A stretch of 32,000 bases of DNA from Promethearchaeum syntrophicum. GTDB lineage: Archaea; Asgardarchaeota; Lokiarchaeia; Sigyniarchaeales; Promethearchaeaceae. Shown piece by piece: positions 28,279-32,000 of the stretch. The notes below the pieces were generated by a model that was given only the letters and a program-made list of their open reading frames with translations, did not search any database and was not told the origin of the DNA. Each line of letters starts with the position of its first letter. Position 1 is the stretch's first letter. Location of the stretch: the NCBI RefSeq assembly GCF_008000775.2, contig NZ_CP042905.2, positions 2,250,001-2,282,000 of the forward strand. Direction: 5' to 3'. A program made the translations under genes and the position numbers.

Positions 28279-30003
28279 ATGTCGAGAAGAATGACTACAA
28301 TTGTTAATATTGATTGGACGGTTAAGAAGCGGGAGGGCTATATTAGACGCTTGGAAAATGAGGTTTTTGATCTCATAATCATTGGGGGGGGCGTTACTGG
28401 AGCAGGAATTGCACGTGAAGCGGCTCTTCGCGGAATAAAAACCGCATTAATTGACAAAAACGATTTTGCTTTTGGGACCTCCTCACGTTCCTCTAAATTG
28501 GCCCATGGAGGACTCCGATATTTTTTGCATAAAGATTTTGGGCTGATCAGAGAAGCCACAGGGGAGAGAAATTGGCTAAGACATCATTTTTCTCACAATG
28601 TTCGCCCGGTTAAAATAAATCTTCCTGGGTTGAAAAATGGTAAAATTCCCCCCCTGCTCGTCAAATTAGCCATTTCGATTTATGATTTTCTTTCAAATTT
28701 CCGGGCAAAATATAAACAATATAAACAGCATACATTTTTATCTCCGGACGAACTCAAAAAAGAAGAACCCAACTTTCATGCCCCAGCACTTGAAATAATG
28801 GGGCAATTTTATGATACCAATATTGATGATTCCCGTCTCACCTTAGAAACTCTTAAAGAATCCATTCAAATTGGCGATATTGTAGCTGTTAATTATCTCA
28901 AAGCGGAGAATTTTTCTCTCAATACTGACGGAAAAATCCGCGAGGTAAATGTAGTTGATATCGAATCCGGGAGAAAATTTTCTATCCGTAGTACCCAAGT
29001 CGTAAATGCAACGGGAATTTGGACCGATAATTTATTGGAACACAAAGAAAACGGGGTGATTCGCCCTACGAAAGGCGTTCACATTCTACTTCCTGAAAAT
29101 CGTGTCGGAAATCATGCTTCGTTTATTGTTTTTTCCGTTGATGATAACCGGATTTTTTTCGTTCTGAATCGAAATAAGTTCACATTAATCGGGACCACCG
29201 ATACTGATTATCCCATTGGAGCCCAGGGGAAAGTTAATGAGGATTTTGATCTCCCATATTGTACGAAGGAAGATTGCGATTATCTCTTTCGAACGGTGAA
29301 TGTGTATTTTCCTGCCGCAAAAATCACGTATGATGATATTATCAGTACGTATGCAGGTATACGGCCTCTAGTAATGGAACCGGGAAAATCTGAAGATGAA
29401 ATCTCTCGTAAACATATGATTTTCGATTCTCCCAATGGATTAACTTCCATTTGTGGGGGAAAACTCACTACATTTCGAAAAATGGCCGTCGATACATTAT
29501 TTCATATTATTCAGAAAAAAGGCGGCATTATCCAAGATGGAAAGCAACTTCGATTTCATAAAAATCAAATGAAAGCGCATTTTTCACAGAAACCTTATCT
29601 CATTACTTTAGAGCAATCCGATTGGGATCAATATATTCAAGAAATCTCTCCCGATCTTACTTCTAATATTTTAGATATTTTATACCAGCAATATGGAAAA
29701 GGCGCGATGAAAATTGTAAACAATGTACTGGAAAACCCTGCATTAGGGGAGCCCTTTCTTGACCATCATCCCTTTATCCCTGCTGAAATCTATTATATCT
29801 TAGATCATGAATTCGCTCCCCATTTAACTGATGTACTGATTAGAAGAACTGAGATCAGTATGAAGGTTAAACACACCGCCCAGCCAATCATAGCAGAAAA
29901 AGTCGCCAAAATCATGACTGACGTTTATAATTGGGATGAGTCAACAAAAAAACACGAAATCACCCAATATTTGGATCATATTGCAAAAACTATCTGGTTC
30001 TGA
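28279..30003 (+). CDS. glpD: FAD-dependent glycerol-3-phosphate dehydrogenase (GlpA/GlpD family)
   Basis: 574 aa; DLIIIGGGVTGAGIAREAALRGIKTALIDKNDFAFGTSSRSSKLAHGGLRYF, FTLIGTTDTDYP, TSICGGKLTTFRKMA. Confidence 0.92.
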   Translation: MSRRMTTIVNIDWTVKKREGYIRRLENEVFDLIIIGGGVTGAGIAREAALRGIKTALIDKNDFAFGTSSRSSKLAHGGLRYFLHKDFGLIREATGERNWLRHHFSHNVRPVKINLPGLKNGKIPPLLVKLAISIYDFLSNFRAKYKQYKQHTFLSPDELKKEEPNFHAPALEIMGQFYDTNIDDSRLTLETLKESIQIGDIVAVNYLKAENFSLNTDGKIREVNVVDIESGRKFSIRSTQVVNATGIWTDNLLEHKENGVIRPTKGVHILLPENRVGNHASFIVFSVDDNRIFFVLNRNKFTLIGTTDTDYPIGAQGKVNEDFDLPYCTKEDCDYLFRTVNVYFPAAKITYDDIISTYAGIRPLVMEPGKSEDEISRKHMIFDSPNGLTSICGGKLTTFRKMAVDTLFHIIQKKGGIIQDGKQLRFHKNQMKAHFSQKPYLITLEQSDWDQYIQEISPDLTSNILDILYQQYGKGAMKIVNNVLENPALGEPFLDHHPFIPAEIYYILDHEFAPHLTDVLIRRTEISMKVKHTAQPIIAEKVAKIMTDVYNWDESTKKHEITQYLDHIAKTIWF

Positions 30004-30134
30004 GATAGATAAAGGTCTGAGATTGTTAAAGATTCATTCTTGGCACAAGATAAACACTTTAATTCTTAGATTGAAAATTATCTGTAATAAGGGTCGAAAA
30101 TCAGTATCACCAGAAATATGAAAGTAGATTTGAA

Positions 30135-30290
30135 ATGACTAATAAAGGAATCAGCCCTTCAATCTTGATCAAGCATTATTATCTTGTACTTTCTAATATT
30201 AATGAAGTTCCTAAAGATCCATTCAGTGATGATAATTTAGTATGGAATAATCCCGAATATCTTTTCTTCGAAATAGAGATGATAACTTAA
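30135..30290 (+). CDS. Possible 51-aa small ORF
   Basis: My translation: MTNKGISPSILIKHYYLVLSNINEVPKDPFSDDNLVWNNPEYLFFEIEMIT*; non-repetitive, protein-like composition, below the track's length cut-off. Confidence 0.2.
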   Translation: MTNKGISPSILIKHYYLVLSNINEVPKDPFSDDNLVWNNPEYLFFEIEMIT

Positions 30291-30351
30291 ATTATTGATG
30301 AAATCACGCAAAAAAGACATTTAAATAAAGAATAATATTGCCATTGTAGAC

Positions 30352-30579
30352 ATGAAAAAAAAACCAAAAAATAAACATCTGGAAAAACAAAAATACGCAT
30401 TATCGCTCTTAAAAAACGGGAAATCAGATAGCGAAATCCAAAAAAAAATCAAATCAAAATTTGGGACAGAATTGTCAAATCAAGATTTGCAGCGCGTGAA
30501 AACTATCCTCTCTCTCCCACAGAAAGAATCCATATTCCAAGATCTTGAACAACTAAAAAAGAAAAAAGCTCACTATTAA
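30352..30579 (+). CDS. Small lysine-rich protein, helical, possible HTH-like
   Basis: 75 aa; MKKKPKNKHLEKQKYALSLLKNGKSDSEIQKKIKSKFGTELSNQDLQRVKTIL; ALSLLKNGKSDSEIQKKIKSKFG resembles a helix-turn-helix. Confidence 0.4.
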   Translation: MKKKPKNKHLEKQKYALSLLKNGKSDSEIQKKIKSKFGTELSNQDLQRVKTILSLPQKESIFQDLEQLKKKKAHY

Positions 30580-30753
30580 GGATTGTAGTAAATATTGCAG
30601 AATTATTTTTGAACAAAAAATGTATCTTCGGTTATTTTCACTTTTTAATTAGACCATCCTCACTATCTAAAAAGGGATAAAAAGACCTAAATCAGCTTTA
30701 AAATTTTGTAAAAAAAGAAGAAGTTAAGAGTTCCAATAACCCCTAATGCTATT

Positions 30754-31953
30754 TCAAGAGAGATTTTCGAGTTTTTGATTTTTTACGAAAAGAATCTTTT
30801 TATAGAAGTTCACGGTTAGCAACATTGCAGTAATTCCAATAATTAAGATGATGAAATCTACCGGTTCATCTGAAATTCTAGAAATTCCGAATCCTTTTAA
30901 TGATATATCCACAATTTTTAGAATATCATTAGTGGTGGAGATATAAACTCTATTATTTATAGTTTTCAAATCAAAAATAAGTGATTTTGAATACCATTTT
31001 GAAATTGACGATGGATGAAGGGGATTTTCTATATCGAATATTTCAAAACCATCAGAAAACTTGCAAATTAAGCGATTTTCTCTATTTTCACAGAGTTGAA
31101 TATTTACATTGTTTTCAAAACGAGAATTACTTGTATTTTCTAGAATTGGATTTATCGGATCTGTGATATTTATTATATATAAATTACGAAAACCCGCCGA
31201 ATAACAATAATTATTATTGATTTCTAAATCTCTTACTCCAATTTTCTTAATACTACTCACTTCAACCATATTCTCAGGATTTGTTATATCTAAAATATAG
31301 AAATCAGAATAATTTGAGATACAATATAAATAATTCCCCTTAACAACCATATCTGAAATTATAGAAAAACGCAACGTGTTATTTAGATAATGTGGTTCTT
31401 GATAATTTGAGATATTGTAGCTAAACAAACCATTGGGGCATCCAATGTAAAGAATACGATCTTGAATCTGGAAATCATCAATCCGCTTAAAATCATTGGT
31501 AATTTTACTTAATATCTCGGGGTTTTTTGGATCTGAGATATCATAAATCAGTAAAATGGTTGTCTGGGAAGAATAAAAAAATTCTTCAACGCCCGAGATG
31601 AAAAGATGATCATCAATGATTTTCACTTCCAGAATTTCACTCATATTAATGGGCATCTCTCCAACTAATACCGGTTTTGCCACGTTCTGAATTTCCAGAA
31701 TTTGAATTTTCCCAATTTGTGAGCTTACGTATGCATATTTTCCTGAAATATCAAAGCTAGATCTTTCATCAAAGGGATAAAGTGGGAATTCTGTGCGATT
31801 TAGATGGCTAATTTGAATGGGTTGCCTTAAAAAACTAAACAAAATTAATAGGATGAATAGTATCTTATAGGTTAGTGGTTTTTTTACAATTTTCTTAATA
31901 TTAAAAATTTTTTTGAAATCAAATGTTTTTTCTTTTTTTCCTTCATTTTTCAT
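30754..31953 (-). CDS. LVIVD-repeat beta-propeller protein anchored by N- and C-terminal TM helices
   Basis: 399 aa; repeated units such as VKGNYLYCISNYSDFYILDITNPENMVEVSS, INNNYCYSAGFRNLYIINITDPINPI, TINNRVYISTTNDILKIVDIS; N-terminal TM ILFILLILFSFLRQPIQI and C-terminal TM PVDFIILIIGITAMLLTVNFY. Confidence 0.8.
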   Translation of the reverse strand: MKNEGKKEKTFDFKKIFNIKKIVKKPLTYKILFILLILFSFLRQPIQISHLNRTEFPLYPFDERSSFDISGKYAYVSSQIGKIQILEIQNVAKPVLVGEMPINMSEILEVKIIDDHLFISGVEEFFYSSQTTILLIYDISDPKNPEILSKITNDFKRIDDFQIQDRILYIGCPNGLFSYNISNYQEPHYLNNTLRFSIISDMVVKGNYLYCISNYSDFYILDITNPENMVEVSSIKKIGVRDLEINNNYCYSAGFRNLYIINITDPINPILENTSNSRFENNVNIQLCENRENRLICKFSDGFEIFDIENPLHPSSISKWYSKSLIFDLKTINNRVYISTTNDILKIVDISLKGFGISRISDEPVDFIILIIGITAMLLTVNFYKKILFVKNQKLENLS

Positions 31954-32000
31954 TTTTTATCTTCTCCATACGTTTTTTTGTTAAAGCAAGCAATTCAAAG

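Noticed and set aside
29936-30121. + strand 61-aa ORF at the 3' end of the G3P dehydrogenase gene
   Set aside because: Overlaps the confident gene out of frame and has no ATG-proximal support or homology features.
1-32000. CRISPR array, tRNA or rRNA genes
   Set aside because: No regularly spaced direct repeats and no cloverleaf-like or GC-rich RNA segments were noticed by eye; a tRNAscan/Infernal run would be needed to exclude them formally.
1-32000. Transposase, integrase or insertion-sequence boundaries
   Set aside because: No ORF shows DDE, HUH or tyrosine/serine recombinase motifs and no paired terminal repeats were noticed.

Overview
A 32-kb AT-rich, gene-dense archaeal-type window. 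The MglA/Ras-like small GTPase, many zinc-ribbon fusions, an IPGY-TM-basic surface-protein tail and a bacterial-type FAD G3P dehydrogenase suggest an Asgard-like genome, but this is inference and no rRNA or marker gene was seen. Recognisable content: flavodoxin-like protein; DODA/LigB dioxygenase; zinc-ribbon protein; PD-(D/E)XK nuclease fused to an XPD/DinG-type helicase; GNAT acetyltransferase; L-serine ammonia-lyase; a three-gene MacB/FtsX-type ABC cassette (ATPase, 1006-aa duplicated permease, zinc-ribbon-tailed ATPase); a pair of paralogous small membrane proteins; a zinc-ribbon/TM/'DTGSG'-repeat protein; SAM methyltransferase; a divergent pair (SnoaL/NTF2-like protein and winged-HTH regulator) separated by two matching dyads; a radical SAM protein with a C-terminal Cys-rich region; a run of same-strand membrane and coiled-coil proteins ending in an MglA-like GTPase; a secreted surface protein; an FGGY kinase plus G3P dehydrogenase pair; and an LVIVD-type beta-propeller protein. 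No tRNA, rRNA, CRISPR array or mobile element could be supported. The best leads are the twin ATTCGGAA-N12-TTCCGAAT dyads at 15977-16065, the 16094-22354 regulator/radical-SAM/membrane/GTPase island, the zinc-ribbon + DTGSG-repeat protein, and the 12074 poly-A tract that breaks one copy of a duplicated membrane-protein gene.
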